Assembly (NCBI GenBank): GCA_039803205.1
Contig: JBDRYB010000001.1
Coordinates: 32,001 to 96,000 of the forward strand
Reading direction: 5' to 3'
Origin: a candidate division WOR-3 bacterium
GTDB lineage: Bacteria > Hydrothermota > Hydrothermia > JBDRYB01
Length of the DNA stretch: 64,000 nt
Positions 27,548 to 36,318 of this stretch are shown here, piece after piece. The notes under the pieces were generated by a model. The model saw nothing but the letters and a program-made list of their open reading frames with translations, searched no databases and was not told the origin of the DNA. The translations under genes were made by a program, and so were the position numbers. Positions within the stretch are counted from its first letter, which is position 1. Every line of letters begins with the position of its first letter.

Positions 27548-29152
27548 ATGATAGGGATGATAGGAATCTTTATCGGTGCAACCACGGTCAACTGGCCCTG
27601 CTGGGGCGGAGACCCGGAGCGCCAGGGATTGCAGACCACTCCAGGAGCGTTCATAAGCGCTCCTTCAACAAAGTGGAAAGTCCAGACCTACCAACTCGTC
27701 AGGTGGGAATTCTCAGCGATAGCCGATGTTGACGGCGACGGCCAGATGGAGGTCCTCGTAGGATGCTACAACGGATACCCCGGCTTCTTTTGCATCAATG
27801 GCTCCACGGGCACAGTTGAGTGGTCGGTTAACACATACCTAAGCGGAGTGCTTGCGGGTCCGGCCGTAGCTGATGTGGACAACGATGGCCAGAATGAGGT
27901 GATCTTCGCTAGCAGTGGTTCTGGTGCGGGAGACGATACGGTCTATTGTTACAGCGGAATGGGCTCTCGGAAGTGGGCCTTTTGTAATCCTTCTTCTGGG
28001 AGATACTGGTCCTCGCCGGCCATCGTTGATCTAGATGGAGACGGCAATATGGAGGTGTTAATAGGCAATTCTGACGGGGGGACAGACACTCTGAGCAGAA
28101 GAAGCCTCTATTGCCTGAATGGCTCTAATGGCACCCAGAAGTGGTCATACATTTCAGGCAACTCGGTGGACTGTGCATCCCCATCTGCGGCTGATGTTGA
28201 TGGCGATGGCAAGCTAGAAGTGCTCTTCGTGAACTGGGCTAATAGGCTCTTCTGCATCAGCGATACCGTGGTGGCCGGCAACGACACATGCAGGGTGGAG
28301 TGGACATACCCATTCGGTGCTAGCGGTGGGATACAGTGCACCCCGGTTCTTCTCGATCTTGATGGCGACGGTAAGATGGAGATAGTTACTGCCAACGCGA
28401 ATTTTAACTCTAATAACCTCTACTGCTTGAACACAGCCACCATCTCAGGCAACGATACAGCGGTTGTCAAGTGGACCTTCTCTGCTGGAAGATATATATA
28501 CTCCTCTCTATCCGCCGCAGACGCTGACGGAAATGGTATCATAGATGTTTTCGTTGGTAGTTGGGACTCCCTATTATACTGCCTGGACGGAGCAACTGGC
28601 GCCAAGAAGTGGCAATTCGGAAAGGTGCCGGAGATACTCTATACACCTATATCAGTGATGGACGCGGACGGCGCTCATCCCAGCGGCGACCCTGGGCTTG
28701 AGGTTCTTCTTACAGCCAAGGACACCCTATACTGTGTGAACGCGGAGGATGGCTCTCTGCTTTGGAAAGCGAGGGTGGCGCCCCGTGTCAACACACCGTT
28801 CTCAGGGGACATAGACGGAGATGGGGCTTCTGAGATAATAGTCGGTGCAGACAGCGCGTTGTACGCGCTTGATACAGCAAGTCCGGTTTACGAGGGCATA
28901 GGTGACAATAACAACAACGGAGACCTCGTCCTGTTCCGGTTCACAAACAACCGCTTTTATCTTTATCTGCCAGAAGAGGATGGGATCTCAATCGCTCTTT
29001 ACGACGCTGGAGGGCGATTCGTTAAAAGTATCTTTGAAGGCCATCTGAGCTCTGGTAGCCACAACTTTGAGCTGAGTTCGGAGGCCAAGGGGGTCTACAT
29101 CGCTGTTCTCAGGCACAACGAGGGCATAAAGACCCTGAAGATAGCGAGGTAA
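27548..29152 (+). CDS. Secreted FG-GAP/PQQ-like beta-propeller protein with T9SS type A-like CTD
   Basis: Repeats of SP..aDvDgDG..Ev..g.....lyClng..G..kW; CTD LYDAGGR...GVYIA...KIAR; GGAGG SD. Confidence 0.8.
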   Translation: MIGMIGIFIGATTVNWPCWGGDPERQGLQTTPGAFISAPSTKWKVQTYQLVRWEFSAIADVDGDGQMEVLVGCYNGYPGFFCINGSTGTVEWSVNTYLSGVLAGPAVADVDNDGQNEVIFASSGSGAGDDTVYCYSGMGSRKWAFCNPSSGRYWSSPAIVDLDGDGNMEVLIGNSDGGTDTLSRRSLYCLNGSNGTQKWSYISGNSVDCASPSAADVDGDGKLEVLFVNWANRLFCISDTVVAGNDTCRVEWTYPFGASGGIQCTPVLLDLDGDGKMEIVTANANFNSNNLYCLNTATISGNDTAVVKWTFSAGRYIYSSLSAADADGNGIIDVFVGSWDSLLYCLDGATGAKKWQFGKVPEILYTPISVMDADGAHPSGDPGLEVLLTAKDTLYCVNAEDGSLLWKARVAPRVNTPFSGDIDGDGASEIIVGADSALYALDTASPVYEGIGDNNNNGDLVLFRFTNNRFYLYLPEEDGISIALYDAGGRFVKSIFEGHLSSGSHNFELSSEAKGVYIAVLRHNEGIKTLKIAR

Positions 29153-29159
29153 AAACATG

Positions 29160-29213
29160 ACCGGCCGCGGAAACTTCGCACCCCCGGCACCTCCCGGATG
29201 GACCGCGGCCGGT
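29160..29213 (+). repeat. Intercistronic GC hairpin with two GCACC(C/T)CC motifs in the loop
   Basis: ACCGGCCGCGG-aaacttcgcacccccggcacctcccggatgga-CCGCGGCCGGT. Confidence 0.65.
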
Positions 29214-29241
29214 CCGGTTTTGTGAAAACAAGGAGATTACA

Positions 29242-30750
29242 ATGTCTGACATGTATATCATAGGAATGCTGGCCTCCCAAATCCTTGGGACCTGGCCTAT
29301 GTGGGGCTATAACCCAGCACACTGGGCTGTCCAACCGGTGCCTGGCACTCATACAACTGCTCCGGTTATGAAGTGGAGTATCTCAACTGGTGATCAGGTT
29401 CAGTGGCTCTTTTCTGCCACAGGTGATGTTGATCGTGATGGCAGAAATGAGGTTCTGGCTGGCTCTTTTTCTGGAACTTTTTACTGCTTGGACGGAACCA
29501 CCGGGGCAACCAAATGGAGCTTTAACGTCGAATCCGAATCACCGATAGAAACCTGCCCGGCTCTTGCGGACATGGCTGGAAATGGTTCAGTAGAGGTAGT
29601 CTTCGCCACTTGGGGCGGAGAAGTCTATTGCCTTGATGGGACGGACGGGAGCGTAAAATGGCAATACGTAACCACCTACTACGATCAATACCACCACGGC
29701 CCGGTTGTCGTTGATTGCGATGCTGATGGTGATCTGGATGTTGTTATCGGAAACATATATGGAAGTCTATACTGCTTCGATGGTGAGACGGGAACGCTGA
29801 TCTGGAACGCTAACATGAGCTCCACAGAAAACTCTTCTCCTGCCGCCGGTGATATAGATGGAGATGGCAAGATAGAGATAGTTATAGGAGGCTCATCGGG
29901 GACCTATTCTTTGAACGGTTCAAACGGAGCCTTGGAGTGGTTGGCTTCAACGGGTATCTGTGCTAATTCATCTCCAGGAATAGCTGACTGCGATGGAGAT
30001 GGTCTCGCTGAGGTGATTATAGGTTCTGAGGATTATAATATCTACTGTCTTGATGGTCAAACCGGAGCCGAGAAGTGGCGTTATTCTACCGGAAACAGGG
30101 TTTGGTCTTCTCCTGTGATCCTTGATGCTGACGGAGACGGGCTTCTTGAGATAATAATAGGGAGCTTTGACGGCTACGCTTACTGTCTGAGCGGGGAATC
30201 CGGAACCCTCCAGTGGAGAACGCAGGTCGGCGACATCCGCGTGGGCATCCCTGCTGGGGATGTGGACGGCGATAACAGATATGAGGTGATCATAGGGAAT
30301 ACTAGTGGATACACATGCCTCAACGGTGAGGACGGCTCTGTTCTTTGGAGATCAGCACCATCTAGCGGCGGTAGGTCCGTTTACCTCGCGGATGTTGACA
30401 TGGACGGGTGTGTTGAAATTGTGGGTGGGTCAACCGGTTATGATATATATGTGCTTGATGATCCCGGAAACTCGTCGGGTTGTATGAGTATGGGAAAGGA
30501 TGAAGAGGGGTATGGCCCAGATTCTCCTGAATTCAAGCCCATGGGTAAAAGTTTATATCTTTTTCTCCCCGAGGATGAGCAGGTTTCTCTGAGCCTATAC
30601 GATGCCTCAGGTAAGCTCGTTCAAAAGGTATATGATGGGGTCCTGAGGCAGGGAAGTCACACCTTCAGCCCCAACATAAACGCTAAAGGTATCTACTTCG
30701 CGGTTATGAGGTATCAGAAAGGGATGAAAACCCTGAAGATTGTGCGATAA
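29242..30750 (+). CDS. Secreted FG-GAP/PQQ-like beta-propeller protein with T9SS type A-like CTD (paralog of the upstream gene)
   Basis: Same repeat type; CTD LYDASGK...GIYFA...KIVR; AAGGAG SD. Confidence 0.8.
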   Translation: MSDMYIIGMLASQILGTWPMWGYNPAHWAVQPVPGTHTTAPVMKWSISTGDQVQWLFSATGDVDRDGRNEVLAGSFSGTFYCLDGTTGATKWSFNVESESPIETCPALADMAGNGSVEVVFATWGGEVYCLDGTDGSVKWQYVTTYYDQYHHGPVVVDCDADGDLDVVIGNIYGSLYCFDGETGTLIWNANMSSTENSSPAAGDIDGDGKIEIVIGGSSGTYSLNGSNGALEWLASTGICANSSPGIADCDGDGLAEVIIGSEDYNIYCLDGQTGAEKWRYSTGNRVWSSPVILDADGDGLLEIIIGSFDGYAYCLSGESGTLQWRTQVGDIRVGIPAGDVDGDNRYEVIIGNTSGYTCLNGEDGSVLWRSAPSSGGRSVYLADVDMDGCVEIVGGSTGYDIYVLDDPGNSSGCMSMGKDEEGYGPDSPEFKPMGKSLYLFLPEDEQVSLSLYDASGKLVQKVYDGVLRQGSHTFSPNINAKGIYFAVMRYQKGMKTLKIVR

Positions 30751-30761
30751 TTCGCCAAATT

Positions 30762-30814
30762 AAAAAGCCCCGGCCGGTAAAATCATCGCACCTCCCGTTC
30801 CGGCCGGGGTTTTT
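30762..30814. terminator. Bidirectional terminator-like hairpin with GCACCTCCC loop (copy 2)
   Basis: aaaaag-CCCCGGCCGG-taaaatcatcgcacctcccgtt-CCGGCCGGGG-ttttt; 2 loop differences from the 23898 copy. Confidence 0.8.
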
Positions 30815-31769
30815 ACACCTCCTCAGCCCAGGCCTCCCAGCACCAACTGTTCTCCGCGAACCAGGAAACGGTCTCCGAGAGCGCCTGATCAAAACTGAGC
30901 AAGGGCTCCCAGCCGAGCGCCTTTATCTTCCCCGAATCCATAAAATACCGGACATCGTGCCCAGGCCTATCCTCTACATGCTGAATGAGAGCATGGCTTT
31001 TCCCTAGGAGATCAAGTATCCTCTCCGCAACCGAGATGTTTTCTTCCTCGTGACCAGAGCCTATGTTGTAGACCTCGCCAGGGGATCCCTTCTCAAGAAC
31101 AAGTAAAATAGCCCTCGCTATATCATCTGCCCAGAGCCACTCCCTCCGCTGTTTCCCCGTGCCGTAGACCGGCAGGGGTTTGTCCAGGATGGCCCTCAAG
31201 GTCATCCTCGGGATGAACTTCTCCGGATGCTGGAAGGGACCAAGGCCGTTGCACGGCCGGACGACTATTGCCTCGATGCCGTAAGTTTTCTGGTATGCCC
31301 TGACGAACGCCTCAGCCCCGACCTTGCTCGCTGAGTATGGCGAGGAGGGCAAAAGGGGCCAGTCCTCCCTTGCCGAGCCTTTCTCAACCGGGCCATAGAC
31401 CTCATCCGTTGAGATGTGAAGGAAAAGCCCCTTCTTTTCCCACGCGAGCCTTGCGGCCTCCAAGAGGGTCTGGGTTCCTAGGACATTCGTCCTTATAAAG
31501 CCTCCGGGCCTCGCTATTGACTTATCAACATGGGTCTCAGCGGCAAAGTGCACGATAGCATCGTGATCAACGAGGAGGCCAACGGCAAGGTTTTGGTCCA
31601 GGATGTCGCCGTGGACGAAGTGAAAATGGACACCCTTGAGCCTCCTCATATCCCCAGCGTATGTGAGCTTGTCCAAGACGGTTATCTCCCAACCAGGTCG
31701 CTCGCGCGCGGCAAGTCGCACGAAAGCTGAACCGAGAAAACCAGCGCCGCCAGTGACTATAACGCGCAC
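30813..31769 (-). CDS. rfbB: dTDP-glucose 4,6-dehydratase
   Basis: VTGGAGFLGS, DKLTYAG, HFAAETHVD, HISTDEVYG, PYSASK, DRPGHDVRY. Confidence 0.92.
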   Translation of the reverse strand: MRVIVTGGAGFLGSAFVRLAARERPGWEITVLDKLTYAGDMRRLKGVHFHFVHGDILDQNLAVGLLVDHDAIVHFAAETHVDKSIARPGGFIRTNVLGTQTLLEAARLAWEKKGLFLHISTDEVYGPVEKGSAREDWPLLPSSPYSASKVGAEAFVRAYQKTYGIEAIVVRPCNGLGPFQHPEKFIPRMTLRAILDKPLPVYGTGKQRREWLWADDIARAILLVLEKGSPGEVYNIGSGHEEENISVAERILDLLGKSHALIQHVEDRPGHDVRYFMDSGKIKALGWEPLLSFDQALSETVSWFAENSWCWEAWAEEV

Positions 31770-31814
31770 CCTGATATTATAATGTCTTCCGGATTATCAG
31801 TGCTGGTTTTGGAG

Positions 31815-32237
31815 CTATCTTTTTCTAGGGGGTAGCCTCCTTGAGGCTCGGAGCTGGTTCTTTATGATCCGGCCTACCAGGAGTCCAACCCCAACCGGAA
31901 AACCCCTCCACCGGATTATCACTTGGCCATCCGGCCAGGGGAAATCCCCCTCTATGTTCTGGCCGTAAAGAAAGCCCTTGGCCTCGTTCTCCTCCAGATC
32001 AAGGGCGCGCAGGGTCGCACTTTTCCCTATGGCCATCGCCCCCTCGGCGGTGAGCTTCCAGCCATCTGAGGTTCTCTGTGCTAGCTTTATCCCAGTTCTC
32101 AGGATAGGCCCTTTGATCTCGTGGGCTTCCGGCGTTGAAATCCAGGCCTCCTTGCCCTGGACCCTTATCGCCAATCCCTCCCAGAATCCCCCGGGAATTC
32201 CGAATCTCTCTGAGAGGGGTCTCGTTATCTCTTTCAA
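31815..32237 (-). CDS. PUA-like protein resembling the RsmF/NIP7 C-terminal domain
   Basis: RTGIKLA....WKLT.EGA..IG..AT...LDL...EA..FL.G...GQVIIR..G.PVG.G......KNQL. Confidence 0.6.
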   Translation of the reverse strand: MKEITRPLSERFGIPGGFWEGLAIRVQGKEAWISTPEAHEIKGPILRTGIKLAQRTSDGWKLTAEGAMAIGKSATLRALDLEENEAKGFLYGQNIEGDFPWPDGQVIIRWRGFPVGVGLLVGRIIKNQLRASRRLPPRKR

Positions 32238-32449
32238 TATGCTACCGAACCACCGCTCTGCCTATAGGGCCGTATCCATCGGCTGTTACTTCCTCGGCTT
32301 GCAGGGAGAGTGAAGTTACCCTTTAGCACATATCTCGCATACTGGGCAAATGGGGTCGCGCGGACATCAGCCTCCTTATGATCGGTCCATCCGAGGCCAG
32401 TTTTCATTCCCGTGTCCGTAAGAGGGATCAGAGCAAAAAGATATACCAT
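32234..32449 (-). CDS. Small hypothetical ORF (71 aa)
   Basis: GGAGG SD before ATG 32449; its stop overlaps the TTG of the next gene. Confidence 0.3.
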   Translation of the reverse strand: MVYLFALIPLTDTGMKTGLGWTDHKEADVRATPFAQYARYVLKGNFTLPASRGSNSRWIRPYRQSGGSVAY

Positions 32450-32677
32450 CAAAAACCTCCCGTCTGTCCAAGGGTAATTAATTATGGAGCTTTGGAAATA
32501 GGCCACGCAAATTGTTGTATCCCGTAAGGAAGGGTTTCGGATTCACGAAGGACCCAAACAGCCGTGGGGCCGGGAACAAATTCTGGAAACCGGAGTCAAA
32601 TGGAGAAAGGGGTTGATCCTTGACAGAGGATATACTTTATACTTTGGGTCTAAACCTAAACCGAAAGGAGGAACAGG

Positions 32678-34465
32678 ATGTTGTATAACATAGCTTTGGC
32701 CGTGGCCGTGGCTTACCCATCGGCTTTCGGGCCATCAGGATACTACGATGTGATATCGCCCTCAGTGATGGAAAGGTTTGAGAACCGGGCCTCTCTGACG
32801 GTCGGCGGCTACTTCGGGTACATAGGAGGAACCTTCTGGGAGTATGAGAACTACGGAGGCGCTTCTGAGGAAGAGGTCATTTACCTCGGGAGGGCTGGCG
32901 TCTGCTACACTCCGTCGGACTGGTTTGAGATATTCTCCTTGCTCAGAGCTATTGAGTGGTATCCTGGCGCTGGATCGGATGGCATAGGAGGCTTCTCCGA
33001 CGCGGATCTCGGAATGAAGATAAGGCTCTTCAAGGCAGGCATGCTCACGACCGGAATAATGGGCGTTCTCACCTTGCCCACGGGCGAAACCCAGACATCT
33101 CCAATAGTTGTAGGCGGGAACAACCTCGGGACCTTCGTGATAACCGACAACGAACTGATATACGGTGGTTCTGTCTTGGCTGAGTTGGATTTCGGCAAGA
33201 TCCACGATCTCACTGCTTTCCGCATAGCCCTGAACGCTGGATATTACACCGGAGGCGGATATGTCCCTGCTGGTGGAAAAGATACCATGGCTGATCCCCT
33301 GAGGCTCGGGGGGGCATTCATCCTCTCATCTCGCTACTTGGACTACATCGTGGAGGCCAAGTATTACGGAAGAACGAGCATGAAGGATAAGGCCTTCGTG
33401 ACGCCAGCGCTCAGACTCAGGCCTTTTGAGGGAATTGGGCTTTCAGTCCTGGGCGGCGTCAACCTCAACACCACATACTATGTGCCCGAGAATCACTACG
33501 AGTGGAACTACGATGTGGTAATGGGCATAGGCCTCATCACCCCTCTCTTCAAGACAGAGGAGCTGGCGCCTGGCGGCGGCGTGATGGGCAAGGTGTTTGA
33601 TTCAAGGACAAAGGAACCCCTGAAAGCCAAGGTAAAGGTCGTTGAGGCAAACATGACCCTGGAGTCCGACACCAACGGCATCGTCCGGATAAAGCACCTG
33701 CCTGAGGGCGTCTACACCCTCGTGGCTGAGAAGGATGGATACCGCAAGACCTACTCCCTGGTCAACATCAAGCGCAGGTCCCAGAACATGGTTGAGCTTC
33801 CCATGGACCCCGCGGCCGTCCTGGTTAAGGGAATAGTGATAGACTCCCTGACATCCGGAGTGGTTGAGGGAGCGAAGGTGGCTTTTGCTGGACCGGAGTC
33901 CAAGGAGGTGACATCCGGTGCCGCGGAGTTTGAGGTCTCGCTCAAGCCCGGAGCCTATTGGGTCTCTGCTTCAAAGGAGGGCTACTTCACGAAATACATG
34001 GATGTTGCCCTTTACGAGCCGAAGTTCGTGAAGATAGTCATTGGAAGGCCCATGATCCGCGAGCCAAAGCTCATAGAGACCGTCAACTTCGCGACCGCCT
34101 CCGCGGTCCTCTCGTCCAGCGACAAGGCCAAGCTGGACAAGGTTGGCAAGATGCTTCAGGAGGACCCAGCGGCCATAATCGTGATAACGGGCCACACGGA
34201 CAGGCACGGCTCAGTGTTCTACAACGAGCTCCTCTCAGAGAAGCGCGCCAAGGCTGTCAAGGATTACCTGGCTTCAAAGTATGACATACCTGATGAAAGG
34301 ATGAGGATTGACTGGTATTCCGAGTTCCAAAAGGCCGGGAGCTCTGACTCCGGAAACCGCAGGGTTGAGATATACCTGCTCAAGCCCATAGAGGCTGAAA
34401 AGGCCAAACCCGAGGAGAAACCAAAAGAGGGCGGCAAGGAGCAACCCAAGGAAGGCGGCAAGTAG
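32678..34465 (+). CDS. OmpA-family outer membrane protein with carboxypeptidase-regulatory-like domains
   Basis: N-terminal beta-barrel-like region, two G.V.DS.T..P/V Ig-like domains, VNFATAS, GHTD..GS..YN..LSEKRAKAV, NRRVEI; AGGAGG SD. Confidence 0.88.
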   Translation: MLYNIALAVAVAYPSAFGPSGYYDVISPSVMERFENRASLTVGGYFGYIGGTFWEYENYGGASEEEVIYLGRAGVCYTPSDWFEIFSLLRAIEWYPGAGSDGIGGFSDADLGMKIRLFKAGMLTTGIMGVLTLPTGETQTSPIVVGGNNLGTFVITDNELIYGGSVLAELDFGKIHDLTAFRIALNAGYYTGGGYVPAGGKDTMADPLRLGGAFILSSRYLDYIVEAKYYGRTSMKDKAFVTPALRLRPFEGIGLSVLGGVNLNTTYYVPENHYEWNYDVVMGIGLITPLFKTEELAPGGGVMGKVFDSRTKEPLKAKVKVVEANMTLESDTNGIVRIKHLPEGVYTLVAEKDGYRKTYSLVNIKRRSQNMVELPMDPAAVLVKGIVIDSLTSGVVEGAKVAFAGPESKEVTSGAAEFEVSLKPGAYWVSASKEGYFTKYMDVALYEPKFVKIVIGRPMIREPKLIETVNFATASAVLSSSDKAKLDKVGKMLQEDPAAIIVITGHTDRHGSVFYNELLSEKRAKAVKDYLASKYDIPDERMRIDWYSEFQKAGSSDSGNRRVEIYLLKPIEAEKAKPEEKPKEGGKEQPKEGGK

Positions 34466-34487
34466 CTGAAAACATTTTGAAAAATAG

Positions 34488-34512
34488 GGCCGGCCGAAAG
34501 GTCGGCCTTTTT
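34488..34512 (+). terminator. Rho-independent terminator after ompA
   Basis: GGCCGGCC-gaaa-GGTCGGCC-ttttt. Confidence 0.8.
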
Positions 34513-34580
34513 ATTATACCCGGAAGTATCCCTCGCTGACGCGGGGTTGAACCGGGTTTCCTCTCCGGTTTACCATTTCG

Positions 34581-35690
34581 GTGTTGCGCATTCTGGTTGT
34601 CTCCATGGCCTACGGGTCTGGCCACACGATGGCCGCGCGAGCAATAGCCGACGCGCTTGAGGAAATGGACCCCGGGCTTGAAGTCATCCAGTTTGATGGG
34701 ATACTTGAGAGCAGTTCACGCATTGAAAGGTTTCCCCCTTCGTTCTACATATTCACCAACAAACACGCTCATTGGCTCTGGCACGCCTTCTACTACTGGC
34801 CGATATTTCGGACCCGGCTCTCCGAACAGCTCACCGAATACCTGTTCTCTCGCGGGATCATTGAGAAGATAAGGAATTTTGGCCCGGACGCGGTGATCTC
34901 AACCCACCTCTCCGCAACCAGGGCCTCTGTGAGGCTTGGTATCCCGACATTCGTGGTTATAACCGACTATGTGTTTCACCCGTTCGTTTTTTCCGACAAA
35001 GCGCGGGCATATTTTATTGCTTCCGAGGAGATAGAAAACGCTCTTATAGCCCGCGGTTTCCCCAGGGAAAGGATACACCTGACAGGCATCCCCATAAGGA
35101 GGATGTTTTGGAAAATGCCATCTCAGACGGCATCAAGGGCGAAGTTTGGGCTTCCGGCTGAGGACAAGATCGTTCTCCTCATGTCGGGCAATCAGGGCGT
35201 CACCCCTGTGGGTAGGATAGCTCGTGCGCTCAGGGATTCGGGCGCGTTCCTCCTCGTTGTAACTGGGAAAAACGAGCGCATGAGGAGGAGGATGAAAGCC
35301 CTTTTTGAGAAAAAGAAGATCAGAGGAAAGGCTATTGGCCATGTTGAGGACATGGCCAGCCTGTTGTCTGCTTGCGATGTGATCGTGACGAAGGGCGGCG
35401 GAATAATAAGCTCCGAGTGCTTGGCCGCGGGCCTACCCATGGTTTTCTATGACTGCATACCAGGCCAAGAAGAGGGGAACGCCAGGGTCATCTCTGAGTG
35501 GGGGGCTGGGGCGAGAGCCAGGAGCGCGGCAGAGGCCGCGGCGCTCATTAGGGAGATGATCACCGATCAGGCCAAGCTGGATCGGATAAAGGAGGCCGCA
35601 AGAGCCAGAGCAAAACCCCACGCGGCCCTGGATGTAGCGAAACGGGTTTTGGAATACTTGGGCTACCCCAAAACCCAGAATCAACCCTGA
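34581..35690 (+). CDS. MGDG synthase/UgtP-family glycosyltransferase (GT28)
   Basis: YGSGHTMAA, VITDY..H, TGIPIR, TKGGG...SE, IPGQEEGNA. Confidence 0.85.
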   Translation: MLRILVVSMAYGSGHTMAARAIADALEEMDPGLEVIQFDGILESSSRIERFPPSFYIFTNKHAHWLWHAFYYWPIFRTRLSEQLTEYLFSRGIIEKIRNFGPDAVISTHLSATRASVRLGIPTFVVITDYVFHPFVFSDKARAYFIASEEIENALIARGFPRERIHLTGIPIRRMFWKMPSQTASRAKFGLPAEDKIVLLMSGNQGVTPVGRIARALRDSGAFLLVVTGKNERMRRRMKALFEKKKIRGKAIGHVEDMASLLSACDVIVTKGGGIISSECLAAGLPMVFYDCIPGQEEGNARVISEWGAGARARSAAEAAALIREMITDQAKLDRIKEAARARAKPHAALDVAKRVLEYLGYPKTQNQP

Positions 35691-35706
35691 GCTATCGTAT
35701 GATAGC

Positions 35707-36243
35707 CTACTTCACGATATTGAACCTCATCCCTCCGCGGAAGAATACGGTTATATAGGTATCCGAACCACCATCCGAACCCGATATGGAGAAGCCGTCA
35801 ATCAACGCGCCTCCCTCCCCGAAAAACCTCATGGGAGATTTCTTCCCAAGGGGGAAGGATGCCCCTGCGCCTGCCTTGAGGCCATAGTTAAGGTCTCCGG
35901 CTAGGCTAATGAAATAGAGGCCTCCGAGCACATAAGGACTCATCTTGTATTTACCGGTCTTCTGCTTCGTGAAGTAATATAGGGCATCGCAGGACGCGCC
36001 TTCGAATCCGCTAACCCCTGAGCCAAAGCCTATACGGTTAGGTCCATCTTTGTCCCTAATGAAATAAAGTATGCCCATTCTCATGTAGAGCTGATCCTGC
36101 ATGAGGTGCGCGAGGAACTTGGCCTCCGCGCCGTAGTATTTGGGCTGAGGGTCCTCAAGACCCATGTAGAAAACAGGGCCTACCTCTATGTCCATGGGCG
36201 TCGCAACGCCCGCTATCAGTGCTATAAGTATTTCTGACATCAT
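35707..36243 (-). CDS. Outer membrane beta-barrel hypothetical protein
   Basis: Amphipathic strands, SPYVLGG, C-terminal RGGMRF; GGAGG SD. Confidence 0.6.
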   Translation of the reverse strand: MMSEILIALIAGVATPMDIEVGPVFYMGLEDPQPKYYGAEAKFLAHLMQDQLYMRMGILYFIRDKDGPNRIGFGSGVSGFEGASCDALYYFTKQKTGKYKMSPYVLGGLYFISLAGDLNYGLKAGAGASFPLGKKSPMRFFGEGGALIDGFSISGSDGGSDTYITVFFRGGMRFNIVK

Positions 36244-36318
36244 AACCTCCAAAAAGGTTTGTAGCTCGCTCATTGATTAGACACCACGGGCCTGAAAATT
36301 GTTTCCAGGCTCCCTTAT

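Noticed and set aside
23898..30814. Repeated hairpins as CRISPR repeats or integron attC sites
   Set aside because: They are kilobases apart with no spacer periodicity, there is no cas or intI gene, and I see no attC RYYYAAC/GTTRRRY ends.
32500..32660. Possible riboswitch or canonical promoter upstream of ompA
   Set aside because: No recognisable riboswitch consensus, and TTGACA-TATACT spacing is 5 or 12 nt, not ~17, so no call was made.
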